Shown here piece by piece: positions 1 through 11,052 of a DNA stretch of 64,000 nucleotides. The number at the start of each line of letters is the position of its first letter. Position 1 is the stretch's first letter. The notes beneath the pieces are model-generated. The model made no database searches, had not been told where the DNA came from, and saw nothing but the letters and a program-made list of their open reading frames with translations. Source of the stretch: Escherichia coli (GTDB taxonomy: Bacteria > Pseudomonadota > Gammaproteobacteria > Enterobacterales > Enterobacteriaceae); assembly GCF_044324875.1 (NCBI RefSeq), contig NZ_CP172185.1; one strand, written 5' to 3'. The position numbers were made by a program, and so were the translations under genes.

Positions 1-1
1 G

Positions 2-439
2 AACTGCCTTTCCGTGGTTCAGTATGCAGTGGATGTACTCGAAGTTGAACACATTATTATCTGTGGTCACTACGGTTGCGGCGGCGTACAAGCCGCAGTT
101 GAAAACCCGGAACTGGGGCTTATCAACAACTGGCTGCTGCATATCCGCGATATCTGGTTCAAACATAGCTCATTGCTCGGCGAAATGCCGCAAGAGCGCC
201 GTCTGGATACCTTGTGTGAACTGAACGTCATGGAACAGGTGTATAACCTGGGCCACTCCACCATTATGCAATCAGCGTGGAAACGCGGGCAGAAAGTCAC
301 CATTCACGGCTGGGCCTACGGCATTCACGACGGCTTGCTGCGTGATCTGGATGTCACAGCGACCAACCGCGAAACTCTTGAGCAACGTTACCGTCACGGG
401 ATTTCCAATCTCAAGCTGAAACACGCCAACCACAAATAA
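2..439 (+). CDS. can: beta-class carbonic anhydrase, 5' partial (N-terminus lies upstream of the window)
   Basis: Frame open from window edge; translation ...[28 protein letters not shown]...KLKHANHK matches the C-terminal ~145 aa of E. coli Can as I recall it. Confidence 0.9.
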   Translation, partial: NCLSVVQYAVDVLEVEHIIICGHYGCGGVQAAVENPELGLINNWLLHIRDIWFKHSSLLGEMPQERRLDTLCELNVMEQVYNLGHSTIMQSAWKRGQKVTIHGWAYGIHDGLLRDLDVTATNRETLEQRYRHGISNLKLKHANHK

Positions 440-447
440 AAATGCCA

Positions 448-470
448 TGCCGGATGCAACACATCCGGCA
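448..470. terminator. Inverted repeat (tgccggatg / catccggca) between convergent can and hpt; likely bidirectional terminator
   Basis: Perfect 9-bp stem seen in sequence, located between two convergent stop codons. Confidence 0.45.
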
Positions 471-479
471 ACTTCACAC

Positions 480-1016
480 TTACTCGTCCAGCAGAATCAC
501 TTTGCCGATATACGGCAGATGACGGTAACGCTGTGCGTAATCAATGCCGTAACCCACCACAAACTCATCCGGGATCGAGAAACCGATGAATTCTACCGGG
601 ACGTTCACTTCACGACGGGACGGTTTATCCAGCAGCGTACAAATCGCCAACGACTTCGGTTCGCGCAGGCTTAAGATCTCACGCACTTTCGACAGTGTAT
701 TACCCGAGTCGATGATATCTTCAACAATCAGCACGTCCTTGCCACGGATATCTTCATCCAGATCTTTGAGGATTTTCACATCACGGGTGGTGGACATGCC
801 GCTACCGTAGCTGGAGGCGGTCATAAAATCGACTTCATGAGATACCTGAACTTCACGACACAGGTCCGCCATAAACATAAATGAGCCACGCAGCAGACCC
901 ACCAGCACCATATCGCTGCCGCTGTCTTTGTAACGCTCAGTAATCTGACGACCCAGTTCGGCGATACGCGCTTTAATCTCCGCTTCGGGGATCATTACTT
1001 CTACAGTATGTTTCAT
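480..1016 (-). CDS. hpt: hypoxanthine phosphoribosyltransferase
   Basis: ORF 480..1091; start moved to conserved [18 protein letters not shown] (ATG at 1014-1016 on the minus strand) giving 178 aa; PRTase motif [13 protein letters not shown]. Confidence 0.9.
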
Positions 1017-1221
1017 ATCTCTAACCATATGATTTAAAAACAAATCACTTCGCACGGGCAGGTTTTGGCACCGTAACAAAGCGCAAGACACGCAGTATAC
1101 CAGTAAAACTATTCATTCGCGGAATCTGTTAATAAAGCTCGAATTGTGATGACGATCACACATGTTAAAACCTATAATTAATTGCTACTAAAATATTAAT
1201 GAATTGAAATGGTGTCTCTTT

Positions 1222-3612
1222 ATGGCAATTAACAATACAGGCTCGCGACGATTACTCGTCACGCTAACAGCCCTTTTTGCAGCGCTTTGCGGGCTGTATC
1301 TACTCATTGGCGGAGGCTGGCTGGTCGCGATTGGCGGCTCCTGGTACTACCCTATCGCTGGTCTTGTGATGCTCGGCGTCGCCTGGATGCTGTGGCGCAG
1401 TAAACGTGCTGCGCTTTGGCTGTACGCCGCCCTGCTGCTCGGCACCATGATTTGGGGCGTCTGGGAAGTTGGTTTCGACTTCTGGGCGCTGACTCCGCGC
1501 AGCGACATTCTGGTCTTCTTCGGCATCTGGCTGATCCTGCCGTTTGTCTGGCGTCGCCTGGTCATTCCTGCCAGCGGCGCAGTTGCCGCACTGGTGGTGG
1601 CACTGTTGATTAGCGGTGGTATCCTGACCTGGGCCGGATTTAACGATCCGCAGGAAATCAACGGCACCTTAAGCGCCGATGCCACACCTGCCGAAGCCAT
1701 CTCCCCCGTTGCCGATCAGGACTGGCCTGCCTATGGTCGCAATCAGGAAGGTCAACGCTTTTCACCTCTGAAACAAATTAACGCTGATAACGTCCACAAC
1801 CTTAAAGAAGCCTGGGTGTTCCGGACTGGCGATGTGAAGCAGCCGAACGATCCAGGTGAAATCACCAATGAAGTGACGCCAATTAAAGTGGGCGACACCC
1901 TTTACCTGTGTACCGCGCACCAGCGCCTGTTTGCGCTCGATGCCGCCAGCGGCAAAGAGAAATGGCATTACGATCCTGAGCTGAAGACCAACGAGTCTTT
2001 CCAGCACGTAACCTGTCGTGGCGTCTCTTATCATGAAGCCAAAGCAGAAACCGCTTCGCCGGAAGTGATGGCGGATTGCCCGCGTCGTATCATTCTTCCG
2101 GTCAATGATGGTCGCCTGATTGCGATTAACGCTGAAAACGGCAAGCTGTGCGAAACCTTCGCTAATAAAGGCGTGCTCAATCTGCAAAGCAATATGCCGG
2201 ACACCAAGCCGGGTCTGTATGAGCCGACTTCGCCGCCGATTATCACCGATAAAACCATCGTGATGGCCGGTTCAGTCACCGATAACTTCTCAACCCGCGA
2301 AACGTCTGGCGTGATCCGTGGTTTTGATGTCAACACCGGGGAGCTGCTGTGGGCTTTTGATCCGGGCGCGAAAGATCCGAACGCAATCCCGTCTGACGAA
2401 CACACCTTTACCTTTAACTCACCAAACTCGTGGGCACCAGCGGCCTATGACGCGAAGCTGGATCTGGTCTATCTGCCGATGGGCGTGACCACGCCGGATA
2501 TCTGGGGCGGTAACCGCACACCGGAACAGGAACGTTATGCCAGCTCGATTCTGGCGCTGAATGCCACTACCGGGAAACTGGCGTGGAGCTACCAGACCGT
2601 TCATCACGACCTGTGGGATATGGATCTTCCGGCACAGCCGACGCTGGCGGACATCACCGTTAACGGTCAAAAGGTTCCGGTCATTTATGCTCCAGCGAAA
2701 ACCGGTAACATTTTTGTGCTCGATCGTCGTAACGGCGAACTGGTGGTTCCGGCACCGGAAAAACCGGTTCCCCAAGGTGCTGCCAAAGGCGATTACGTAA
2801 CCCCAACTCAACCGTTTTCTGAACTGAGCTTCCGTCCGACGAAAGATTTGAGCGGTGCGGATATGTGGGGAGCCACCATGTTTGACCAGCTGGTGTGCCG
2901 CGTGATGTTCCACCAGATGCGCTATGAAGGCATTTTCACCCCGCCATCTGAACAGGGTACGCTGGTCTTCCCGGGCAACCTGGGGATGTTCGAATGGGGC
3001 GGGATTTCCGTTGATCCGAATCGTGAAGTGGCAATTGCCAACCCAATGGCACTGCCGTTTGTTTCGAAACTGATCCCACGCGGTCCTGGTAACCCGATGG
3101 AGCAGCCGAAAGATGCCAAAGGCACGGGTACGGAATCCGGCATTCAGCCGCAGTACGGTGTACCGTATGGCGTCACGCTCAATCCGTTCCTCTCACCGTT
3201 TGGTCTGCCATGTAAACAGCCAGCATGGGGTTATATTTCGGCGCTGGATCTGAAAACCAATGAAGTGGTGTGGAAGAAACGTATTGGTACGCCGCAGGAC
3301 AGTATGCCGTTCCCGATGCCGGTTCCGGTGCCGTTCAATATGGGGATGCCGATGCTGGGCGGGCCAATCTCCACAGCGGGTAACGTACTGTTTATCGCCG
3401 CTACGGCAGATAACTACCTGCGCGCTTACAACATGAGCAACGGTGAAAAACTGTGGCAGGGTCGTTTACCAGCGGGTGGTCAGGCTACGCCAATGACCTA
3501 TGAAGTGAATGGTAAGCAGTATGTGGTGATCTCCGCAGGCGGTCACGGTTCATTTGGTACGAAGATGGGCGACTATATTGTGGCTTATGCGCTGCCGGAT
3601 GATGTGAAGTAA
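1222..3612 (+). CDS. gcd: membrane-bound PQQ-dependent glucose dehydrogenase
   Basis: ORF 1204..3612; conserved start MAINNTGSRRLL at 1222 gives 796 aa; N-terminal TM helices then PQQ beta-propeller domain. Confidence 0.9.
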   Translation: MAINNTGSRRLLVTLTALFAALCGLYLLIGGGWLVAIGGSWYYPIAGLVMLGVAWMLWRSKRAALWLYAALLLGTMIWGVWEVGFDFWALTPRSDILVFFGIWLILPFVWRRLVIPASGAVAALVVALLISGGILTWAGFNDPQEINGTLSADATPAEAISPVADQDWPAYGRNQEGQRFSPLKQINADNVHNLKEAWVFRTGDVKQPNDPGEITNEVTPIKVGDTLYLCTAHQRLFALDAASGKEKWHYDPELKTNESFQHVTCRGVSYHEAKAETASPEVMADCPRRIILPVNDGRLIAINAENGKLCETFANKGVLNLQSNMPDTKPGLYEPTSPPIITDKTIVMAGSVTDNFSTRETSGVIRGFDVNTGELLWAFDPGAKDPNAIPSDEHTFTFNSPNSWAPAAYDAKLDLVYLPMGVTTPDIWGGNRTPEQERYASSILALNATTGKLAWSYQTVHHDLWDMDLPAQPTLADITVNGQKVPVIYAPAKTGNIFVLDRRNGELVVPAPEKPVPQGAAKGDYVTPTQPFSELSFRPTKDLSGADMWGATMFDQLVCRVMFHQMRYEGIFTPPSEQGTLVFPGNLGMFEWGGISVDPNREVAIANPMALPFVSKLIPRGPGNPMEQPKDAKGTGTESGIQPQYGVPYGVTLNPFLSPFGLPCKQPAWGYISALDLKTNEVVWKKRIGTPQDSMPFPMPVPVPFNMGMPMLGGPISTAGNVLFIAATADNYLRAYNMSNGEKLWQGRLPAGGQATPMTYEVNGKQYVVISAGGHGSFGTKMGDYIVAYALPDDVK

Positions 3613-3617
3613 CCATA

Positions 3618-3639
3618 ATGCCCGGAGAGATCCGGGCAT
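3618..3639. terminator. Hairpin (atgcccgga / tccgggcat) between convergent gcd and cueO
   Basis: 9-bp inverted repeat seen in sequence immediately after the gcd stop. Confidence 0.4.
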
Positions 3640-3658
3640 ATTTCCGAATACGGTCTTT

Positions 3659-5209
3659 TTATACCGTAAACCCTAACATCATCCCCGTATCTTCATGCTC
3701 CAGCAGATGGCAGTGCGCCATATAAGCATGTTCTTTCGGTGCATCGTGATTAAACTTCACCAGCACTTCGCTGACATTACCTTCTACCTTAACGGTATCT
3801 TTCCAGCCCGCGCGATGAGCGGCTGGCGGTTTGCCATTTTCTGACAAGATACGGAACTGCGTGCCGTGAATATGGAACGGATGCAGCATCATGTCGCCCA
3901 CGCCAGAGATAACCCAACGTTCGTACTGCCCTTTCGCCGCCGCAAACATCGGCTTATTCATATCAAACGCCTGACCGTTGATTTTATTGGCATGGTGGAA
4001 ATCGAACTTCCCGCCGTGGTTCATATGATTCATATTGCCGTGCCCCATATGGCCCATCATCTGGCTGTGATCCATCCCGGCCATCGCCTGATCGCCATAT
4101 TTCTCCATCAGCATCTGCATCCCCATCATATCGAGCATCGGGTCCATAGAGAGTTGCAGCTTACGTACCGTCAGCCCTTCCAGCGAAGGTAATGCTGGCA
4201 GGCTACTTAATGTGTCTGGCAAAGCACCAGAGGCACTAATGGCAATCGGCTGAATCCGCATTACCGGATGCGGCTTATCAAAAGGCGCAATCGCCATTCC
4301 CATCTGGCTGACCGGCAGCGTCACCAGGTCAAAGGGGTTGTTGTCGTTAACCTCCACCAGCACTTCAAAACGCTCGCCCATCAGCACGGGAAGCTCGCTC
4401 ACCTTCACCGGTTCAGGTAGCAGACCACCGTCGCTGGCAATCACATACAGCGGGCGATTGTCGCTGGTGGCGAAATTGAGCGAGCGGGCGTTACAGCCAT
4501 TGAGCAAACGCAGGCGCAGCCAACCACGCGGGGCAGCGTGTTGTGGGTAGATTGCACCGTTGGTCAGCAACGTATCGCCAAACCAGCCCACGGCGGCGGT
4601 CATCACATCCAGTTGATAATCAATCTGCCCGTCAGCGCTAAATTTCTTATCCTGAACGATCACCGGAACATCATCGATACCCCACTGTTTTGGCAACATT
4701 AATTTCAGGATCTCGTCATCTTCAATCACCACCAGACCAGCCAGCCCCATCGCCACCTGTCGCCCGGTCTTGCCATGTTGATGTGGATGGAACCAGCAGG
4801 TAGCGGCAGGTTGATCAACGTTCAACGTCACCGAGCGCTTGCCACCTGGCGGAATGATTCCCTGCGGGCCGCCGTCGACTTCACCCGGTACTTCCAGCCC
4901 GTGCCAGTGCAACGTCGTCTCTTCCGTCAGTTGGTTATAGATATCAACCGTTACCGCTTTGCCGCGCTGTAATTTCACCGCCGGCCCCAGCAGATTGCCG
5001 TTATAGCCCCAGGTAGTTGCAGTTTTCTCGCCAAAGGTGGACTGACCTGCGCCAATAGTTAACTGAATGCGATTACGGGCATCGGTCGTGAGCAAATCAG
5101 GGATCGGTAACGTTGGGCGTTCCGCCGCAAATACTGCGCGGCTCCACAGCGGTAAGGCTGAAGCCACGCCCAGCGCGACGGAATATTTTAAGAAATCACG
5201 ACGTTGCAT
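3659..5209 (-). CDS. cueO: periplasmic multicopper oxidase (cuprous oxidase)
   Basis: ORF 3659..5248; conserved start [28 protein letters not shown] (Tat signal, twin-Arg) gives 516 aa; Met/His-rich segment and [13 protein letters not shown] copper site. Confidence 0.9.
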   Translation of the reverse strand: MQRRDFLKYSVALGVASALPLWSRAVFAAERPTLPIPDLLTTDARNRIQLTIGAGQSTFGEKTATTWGYNGNLLGPAVKLQRGKAVTVDIYNQLTEETTLHWHGLEVPGEVDGGPQGIIPPGGKRSVTLNVDQPAATCWFHPHQHGKTGRQVAMGLAGLVVIEDDEILKLMLPKQWGIDDVPVIVQDKKFSADGQIDYQLDVMTAAVGWFGDTLLTNGAIYPQHAAPRGWLRLRLLNGCNARSLNFATSDNRPLYVIASDGGLLPEPVKVSELPVLMGERFEVLVEVNDNNPFDLVTLPVSQMGMAIAPFDKPHPVMRIQPIAISASGALPDTLSSLPALPSLEGLTVRKLQLSMDPMLDMMGMQMLMEKYGDQAMAGMDHSQMMGHMGHGNMNHMNHGGKFDFHHANKINGQAFDMNKPMFAAAKGQYERWVISGVGDMMLHPFHIHGTQFRILSENGKPPAAHRAGWKDTVKVEGNVSEVLVKFNHDAPKEHAYMAHCHLLEHEDTGMMLGFTV

Positions 5210-5374
5210 AGTTATTTCCTTATTCTTAAGCAGGCGAAACAAAATCAAACGTTGAGCATAGTCCTTCCCCTTACGGGAAGGTCAAGCCGCAGACACAATT
5301 TAATCGACAATAATGGTCGTCGCCTCGCTCGCAGTGTGCTAACGTTTATCTTCTTTAAGCCCCTGGTAGAAGCA

Positions 5375-5722
5375 ATGAAGACGTTTTTCAGAACAGTGTT
5401 ATTCGGCAGCCTGATGGCCGTCTGCGCAAACAGTTACGCGCTCAGCGAGTCTGAAGCCGAAGATATGGCCGATTTAACGGCAGTTTTTGTCTTTCTGAAG
5501 AACGATTGTGGTTACCAGAACTTACCTAACGGGCAAATTCGTCGCGCACTGGTCTTTTTCGCCCAGCAAAACCAGTGGGATCTCAGTAATTACGACACCT
5601 TCGACATGAAAACCCTCGGTGAAGACAGCTACCGCGATCTCAGCGGCATTGGCATTCCCGTCGCTAAAAAGTGCAAAGCCCTGGCTCGCGATTCCTTAAG
5701 CCTGCTTGCCTACGTCAAATAA
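5375..5722 (+). CDS. yacC: periplasmic protein YacC (DUF1496-like)
   Basis: ORF 5204..5722 overlaps the cueO start; internal ATG at 5375 gives 115 aa with signal peptide MKTFFRTVLFGSLMAVCANSYA, matching YacC. Confidence 0.8.
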   Translation: MKTFFRTVLFGSLMAVCANSYALSESEAEDMADLTAVFVFLKNDCGYQNLPNGQIRRALVFFAQQNQWDLSNYDTFDMKTLGEDSYRDLSGIGIPVAKKCKALARDSLSLLAYVK

Positions 5723-5827
5723 TCCCTGATACCTTTTTGTAGAAATATTGACCGTGCATCCGCGGTCAATGTTAGCTATTATGTTGCGCCCTTTTTTTAC
5801 GGGTGTTAACAAAGGAGGTATCAACCC

Positions 5828-6694
5828 ATGGCCGAAAAAAAACAGTGGCATGAAACGCTACACGACCAGTTTGGGCAGTACTTTGCGGTAGATAACGTTC
5901 TGTATCATGAAAAGACCGATCACCAGGATCTGATCATTTTTGAGAACGCTGCATTTGGCCGCGTAATGGCGCTGGATGGCGTAGTACAAACCACCGAGCG
6001 CGACGAGTTTATCTATCATGAGATGATGACCCATGTTCCGCTACTGGCCCACGGTCACGCGAAACATGTGCTGATTATCGGCGGCGGCGACGGTGCCATG
6101 CTGCGTGAAGTGACCCGACATAAAAACGTTGAGTCAATCACGATGGTGGAAATCGATGCGAGTGTCGTGTCGTTCTGCCGTCAGTATCTACCCAACCATA
6201 ACGCTGGTAGCTACGACGATCCGCGCTTTAAACTGGTGATCGACGATGGCGTCAATTTCGTTAATCAAACCAACCAGACTTTTGATGTCATTATCTCCGA
6301 CTGCACCGATCCTATCGGTCCCGGCGAAAGTCTGTTCACCTCAGCATTTTATGAAGGTTGTAAACGCTGCCTGAATCCTGGCGGTATCTTCGTCGCACAA
6401 AACGGCGTCTGCTTTTTACAGCAGGAAGAGGCTATCGACAGTCATCGCAAACTCAGCCATTACTTCAGCGACGTTGGCTTTTATCAGGCGGCGATCCCGA
6501 CCTATTACGGCGGCATCATGACCTTTGCATGGGCGACAGATAACGATGCCTTACGCCATCTCTCAACCGAAATTATTCAGGCGCGTTTTCTCGCTTCTGG
6601 CCTGAAATGCCGTTATTACAATCCGGCAATCCATACGGCAGCTTTTGCCTTACCTCAGTATCTGCAAGACGCACTGGCTTCACAGCCGTCCTAA
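5828..6694 (+). CDS. speE: spermidine synthase
   Basis: 288 aa, [19 protein letters not shown]..., [11 protein letters not shown] motif; conserved position upstream of speD. Confidence 0.92.
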   Translation: MAEKKQWHETLHDQFGQYFAVDNVLYHEKTDHQDLIIFENAAFGRVMALDGVVQTTERDEFIYHEMMTHVPLLAHGHAKHVLIIGGGDGAMLREVTRHKNVESITMVEIDASVVSFCRQYLPNHNAGSYDDPRFKLVIDDGVNFVNQTNQTFDVIISDCTDPIGPGESLFTSAFYEGCKRCLNPGGIFVAQNGVCFLQQEEAIDSHRKLSHYFSDVGFYQAAIPTYYGGIMTFAWATDNDALRHLSTEIIQARFLASGLKCRYYNPAIHTAAFALPQYLQDALASQPS

Positions 6695-6709
6695 GGAGAA
6701 GATAAGAAA

Positions 6710-7504
6710 TTGAAAAAACTGAAACTGCATGGCTTTAATAATCTGACCAAAAGTCTGAGTTTTTGTATTTACGATATCTGCTACGCCAAAACTGCCGAAG
6801 AACGCGACGGTTATATTGCTTATATCGATGAACTCTATAATGCCAACCGTCTGACCGAAATCTTGTCAGAAACCTGTTCCATTATCGGGGCCAATATTCT
6901 TAACATCGCCCGCCAGGATTACGAACCACAGGGTGCCAGCGTCACTATTCTGGTGAGTGAAGAACCGGTTGACCCGAAACTCATCGACAAAACAGAACAC
7001 CCCGGCCCACTGCCAGAAACGGTCGTTGCCCATCTCGATAAAAGTCATATTTGCGTACATACCTACCCGGAAAGTCATCCTGAAGGCGGTTTATGTACCT
7101 TCCGCGCCGATATTGAAGTCTCTACCTGCGGCGTGATTTCTCCGCTGAAGGCGCTGAATTACCTGATCCACCAGCTTGAGTCCGATATCGTAACCATTGA
7201 TTATCGCGTGCGCGGTTTTACTCGCGACATTAACGGTATGAAGCACTTTATCGACCATGAGATTAATTCGATTCAGAACTTTATGTCTGACGATATGAAG
7301 GCGCTGTATGACATGGTGGATGTAAACGTCTATCAGGAAAATATCTTCCATACCAAGATGTTGCTTAAAGAGTTCGACCTTAAGCACTATATGTTCCACA
7401 CCAAACCGGAAGATTTAACCGACAGCGAGCGCCAGGAAATTACCGCTGCGCTGTGGAAAGAAATGCGCGAGATTTATTACGGGCGCAATATGCCCGCTGT
7501 TTAA
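6710..7504 (+). CDS. speD: S-adenosylmethionine decarboxylase proenzyme
   Basis: 264 aa, [22 protein letters not shown]...; apparent TTG start at 6710; 15 bp after speE. Confidence 0.92.
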
Positions 7505-7509
7505 CGGCT

Positions 7510-7540
7510 CTGGCGGAGCTCGCGGGCTCCGCCAGATTTA
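7510..7540. terminator. Hairpin (ctggcggagc / gctccgccag) followed by T-run; speD terminator, abuts the yacL stop
   Basis: 10-bp perfect inverted repeat plus atttatttactttt seen in sequence. Confidence 0.5.
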
Positions 7541-7541
7541 T

Positions 7542-7904
7542 TTACTTTTGCTGCACGAAATTACGATAAGCAGCCACCACCTGCAGAAAATCCTCAACGC
7601 CGCATAGCGACAGGCTTTCTTCGTCGTAGTAGTTCATCCCCTCTTCCATTTCATCGCCAGCGAATTCCAGTTGATTGGCGCGAACCATCACTTCTTCGCC
7701 GTCCATCCATAGCGTGTACTCATGCCCTGCCCGCTGCCAGGAACGTTCGCTACCTTTGAGCGTGCGCGCGGCGTCTTCTACTTCATCAAGCAAGGCCAGG
7801 TTTTCTTTCACCTCTTCGTTAAACCAGTGCCCGACCACTTCATGCCCCATGGACATACGCACCTTTACCACTCCGGTAATATCACGCAGAAATTCGTAAT
7901 CCAT
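7542..7904 (-). CDS. yacL: UPF0231 family protein YacL
   Basis: ORF 7542..7979; conserved start [15 protein letters not shown] (ATG at 7902-7904 on the minus strand) gives 120 aa. Confidence 0.8.
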   Translation of the reverse strand: MDYEFLRDITGVVKVRMSMGHEVVGHWFNEEVKENLALLDEVEDAARTLKGSERSWQRAGHEYTLWMDGEEVMVRANQLEFAGDEMEEGMNYYDEESLSLCGVEDFLQVVAAYRNFVQQK

Positions 7905-8003
7905 AGTGTGTTCCTCTGCTCCCGGCAATGCGCCATTACTGCATTGCACCTTAGGTTTAATTATCACAGCACTATGCAAGATTAAAAGGTGGAAAAGAAT
8001 AAG

Positions 8004-8035
8004 GAATAAAAATAAACCCCCTTTCCTTGAGCAGA
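8004..8035 (-). terminator. Rho-independent terminator of acnB
   Basis: 12-bp stem aaaccccctttc / gaaagggggttt, followed on the minus strand by a T-rich run; 66 bp after the acnB stop. Confidence 0.55.
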
Positions 8036-8100
8036 AAGGGGGTTTAAAGAAGTGTTACTTGTCAGGTATTCAGGAGAACACCTGAGCTATTTTCAGGCTG

Positions 8101-10698
8101 TTACACCGCAGTCTGGAAAATCACCCCGTCCGCTTTTTCGGTGTACTGAGAAAGCTGGTTGAAGTTCAGGTAACGGTAAGTATCAACGGCAGTTTTATCC
8201 ACCTGTGCCACGTAGGTCTGGTACTCTTCCGGCGTCGGTAGTTTGCCAATCAGCGCCGCAACAGCAGCCAGTTCCGCAGAAGCCAGGAAGACATTCGCGC
8301 CAGTACCCAGACGGTTCGGGAAGTTACGGGTAGAGGTGGAAACCACCGTCGCACCGTCTGCTACACGCGCCTGGTTACCCATACACAGGGAACAGCCAGG
8401 GATCTCGATACGCGCACCGCTCTTACCGAAGACGCTGTAGTAGCCTTCTTCGGTCAACTGCGCGGCGTCCATACGGGTTGGCGGTGCCACCCACAGGCGG
8501 GTCGGCAACTGGCCTTTATGCGCATCCAGCAGTTTACCCGCAGCACGGAAGTGACCGATGTTGGTCATGCAGGAACCGATAAACACTTCGTCGATCTTCT
8601 CACCCTGTACCGCAGACAGCGGACGTGCGTCATCCGGATCGTTCGGAGCACACAGGATTGGCTCTTTAATATCCGCCAGATCGATGTCGATCACTGCCGC
8701 GTATTCCGCATCTGCATCGGCTTCCAGCAGCTCAGGATTCGCCAGCCATTTTTCCATGCCCTGAATACGACGTTCCAGGGTACGACGATCGCCGTAACCT
8801 TCCGCGATCATCCACTTCAGCAGGACGATGTTGGAGTTCAGGTATTCGATGATCGGTTCTTTGTTCAGCTTGATAGTACAACCAGCGGCAGAACGCTCGG
8901 CGGACGCATCGGTCAGCTCAAAGGCCTGCTCAACTTTCAGATCCGGCAGACCTTCAATTTCCAGAATGCGACCAGAGAAGATGTTTTTCTTGCCTTTCTT
9001 CTCAACGGTCAGCAGACCTTGTTTGATCGCATACAGCGGAATAGCGTGTACCAGATCGCGCAGGGTGATGCCCGGCTGCATTTTGCCTTTGAAGCGCACC
9101 AGAACGGATTCCGGCATATCCAGCGGCATTACGCCTGTTGCGGCTGCAAATGCCACCAGACCAGAACCCGCCGGGAAAGAAATGCCGATCGGGAAACGGG
9201 TATGGGAGTCACCACCGGTACCGACGGTATCCGGCAGCAGCATACGGTTCAGCCAGGAGTGGATTACGCCGTCACCCGGACGCAGCGACACACCACCACG
9301 GTTCATAATGAAGTCCGGCAGCGTGTGGTGCGTGTTCACGTCAACTGGCTTCGGATACGCCGCGGTGTGGCAGAAAGACTGCATCACCAGGTCAGCCGAG
9401 AAGCCCAGGCACGCCAGGTCTTTCAGTTCATCACGGGTCATCGGGCCGGTGGTGTCCTGGGAACCTACAGAAGTCATTTTCGGTTCGCAGTACGCGCCCG
9501 GACGAATGCCTTTCACGCCGCAGGCACGACCTACCATTTTCTGCGCCAGCGAGAAGCCGCGGTCGCTCTCAGCGACATCTTTCGCCTGACGGAACACATC
9601 GCTGTGCGGCAGACCAAGTGCTTCACGCGCTTTGGTGGTCAGGCCACGCCCGATAATCAGCGGAATACGACCACCGGCACGCACTTCATCAATCAGCACG
9701 TCGGTTTTCAGTTCGAAGGTCGCCAGCAGTTCGCCGGTTTCGTGGTTACGCACTTCACCTTTGTACGGGTAAACGTCAATTACGTCACCCATGTTCAGGT
9801 TAGAGACGTCCACTTCAATTGGCAGTGCACCCGCATCTTCCATCGTGTTAAAGAAGATGGGTGCAATTTTACCGCCGAGGCACAAACCACCGCCGCGTTT
9901 GTTCGGCACATGTGGAATATCATCGCCCATAAACCACAGAACGGAGTTCGTGGCGGATTTACGCGATGAACCCGTACCCACAACGTCACCGACGTACGCC
10001 AGCGGGAAACCTTTCTGTTGCAGAGCTTCAATCTGTTTGATCGGACCAACAACACCAGGCTGATCTGGCTCAATACCTTCACGGGCGTTTTTCAGCATCG
10101 CCAGCGCGTGCAGTGGGATATCCGGGCGTGACCACGCATCCGGTGCCGGAGAAAGGTCATCGGTGTTGGTTTCGCCTGTGACTTTGAAGACGGTAACGGT
10201 CAGTTTTTCAGCCAGTGCCGGGCGATTCAGGAACCATTCGGCATCCGCCCAGGACTGCATTACCTGCTTCGCATATTCGTTGCCTGCTTTGGCTTTCTCT
10301 TCTACGTCATAGAAGTTATCGAACATCAGCAGCGTGTGAGAAAGTGCTTTGGCAGCGATCGGTGCCAGTTTGGCATCATCCAGCGCGTCGATCAGCGGAT
10401 GAATGTTGTAACCACCCTGCATAGTGCCCAGCAGTTCGATGGCTTTTTCCGGAGTCAGCAGAGGGGATTTGGCTTCGCCTTTAGCAATAGCAGCCAGGAA
10501 GCCTGCTTTTACATAGGCGGCTTCATCGACGCCTGGGGGAACACGGTTGGTTAACAGATCTAACAGGAATTCTTCTTCGCCCGCGGGCGGGTTTTTCAGC
10601 AGCTCTACAAGCGCGGCCATTTGGTTTGCATCCAGGGGTTTGGGCGCAATCCCCTCAGCGGCACGCTCAGCTACGTGCTTACGGTATTCTTCTAGCAC
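8101..10698 (-). CDS. acnB: aconitate hydratase B (bifunctional aconitase / 2-methylisocitrate dehydratase)
   Basis: ORF 8101..10851; conserved start (V)[15 protein letters not shown] with GTG at 10696-10698 gives 865 aa; Fe-S aconitase motifs. Confidence 0.92.
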   Translation of the reverse strand: MLEEYRKHVAERAAEGIAPKPLDANQMAALVELLKNPPAGEEEFLLDLLTNRVPPGVDEAAYVKAGFLAAIAKGEAKSPLLTPEKAIELLGTMQGGYNIHPLIDALDDAKLAPIAAKALSHTLLMFDNFYDVEEKAKAGNEYAKQVMQSWADAEWFLNRPALAEKLTVTVFKVTGETNTDDLSPAPDAWSRPDIPLHALAMLKNAREGIEPDQPGVVGPIKQIEALQQKGFPLAYVGDVVGTGSSRKSATNSVLWFMGDDIPHVPNKRGGGLCLGGKIAPIFFNTMEDAGALPIEVDVSNLNMGDVIDVYPYKGEVRNHETGELLATFELKTDVLIDEVRAGGRIPLIIGRGLTTKAREALGLPHSDVFRQAKDVAESDRGFSLAQKMVGRACGVKGIRPGAYCEPKMTSVGSQDTTGPMTRDELKDLACLGFSADLVMQSFCHTAAYPKPVDVNTHHTLPDFIMNRGGVSLRPGDGVIHSWLNRMLLPDTVGTGGDSHTRFPIGISFPAGSGLVAFAAATGVMPLDMPESVLVRFKGKMQPGITLRDLVHAIPLYAIKQGLLTVEKKGKKNIFSGRILEIEGLPDLKVEQAFELTDASAERSAAGCTIKLNKEPIIEYLNSNIVLLKWMIAEGYGDRRTLERRIQGMEKWLANPELLEADADAEYAAVIDIDLADIKEPILCAPNDPDDARPLSAVQGEKIDEVFIGSCMTNIGHFRAAGKLLDAHKGQLPTRLWVAPPTRMDAAQLTEEGYYSVFGKSGARIEIPGCSLCMGNQARVADGATVVSTSTRNFPNRLGTGANVFLASAELAAVAALIGKLPTPEEYQTYVAQVDKTAVDTYRYLNFNQLSQYTEKADGVIFQTAV

Positions 10699-11052
10699 GA
10701 CGGTTCTCCTCGCTCTCATTGTCATAGTGCGGCAGGCGATTCTCTTCACGCTCCTGTGAGACAGCAGTTTGTAGGGTAAATGCCCAGTACCGCAACGGGC
10801 AGAATAGCAGGATTTTGATGATGTGTTAATCCGTTTACAAAAAAGCAACATAAAAAAGTGGCTGAATCGTTAAGGATGGTCTAGAGATTGTTTCCCTCCG
10901 TAAAAACTTCGTTAATTCGCATGGTTATAATCACCTTTCTCAACAAATCCCAAGATTAGTCAAAATTTAAACTACCGCCTCTTTATACTCGGATTCACAG
11001 CACCTGCGGGTGGCAGTTCGCCGACCATTGCGATTTCCTTGAGATCCGAATT

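Noticed and set aside
1204-1221. N-terminal extensions in the ORF track (gcd, cueO, hpt, yacC, yacL, acnB, lpdA, pdhR, ampE, nadC, rsmH, mraZ, secM)
   Set aside because: The extended frames overlap neighbouring genes or terminators and differ from the conserved protein N-termini; conserved internal start codons were used instead
8518-9969. 483-aa ORF on the plus strand inside acnB (and 253-aa ORF 8828..9589)
   Set aside because: Antisense to the conserved acnB coding sequence; Arg/Thr/Gln-rich low-complexity translation typical of an open antisense frame in GC-rich coding DNA
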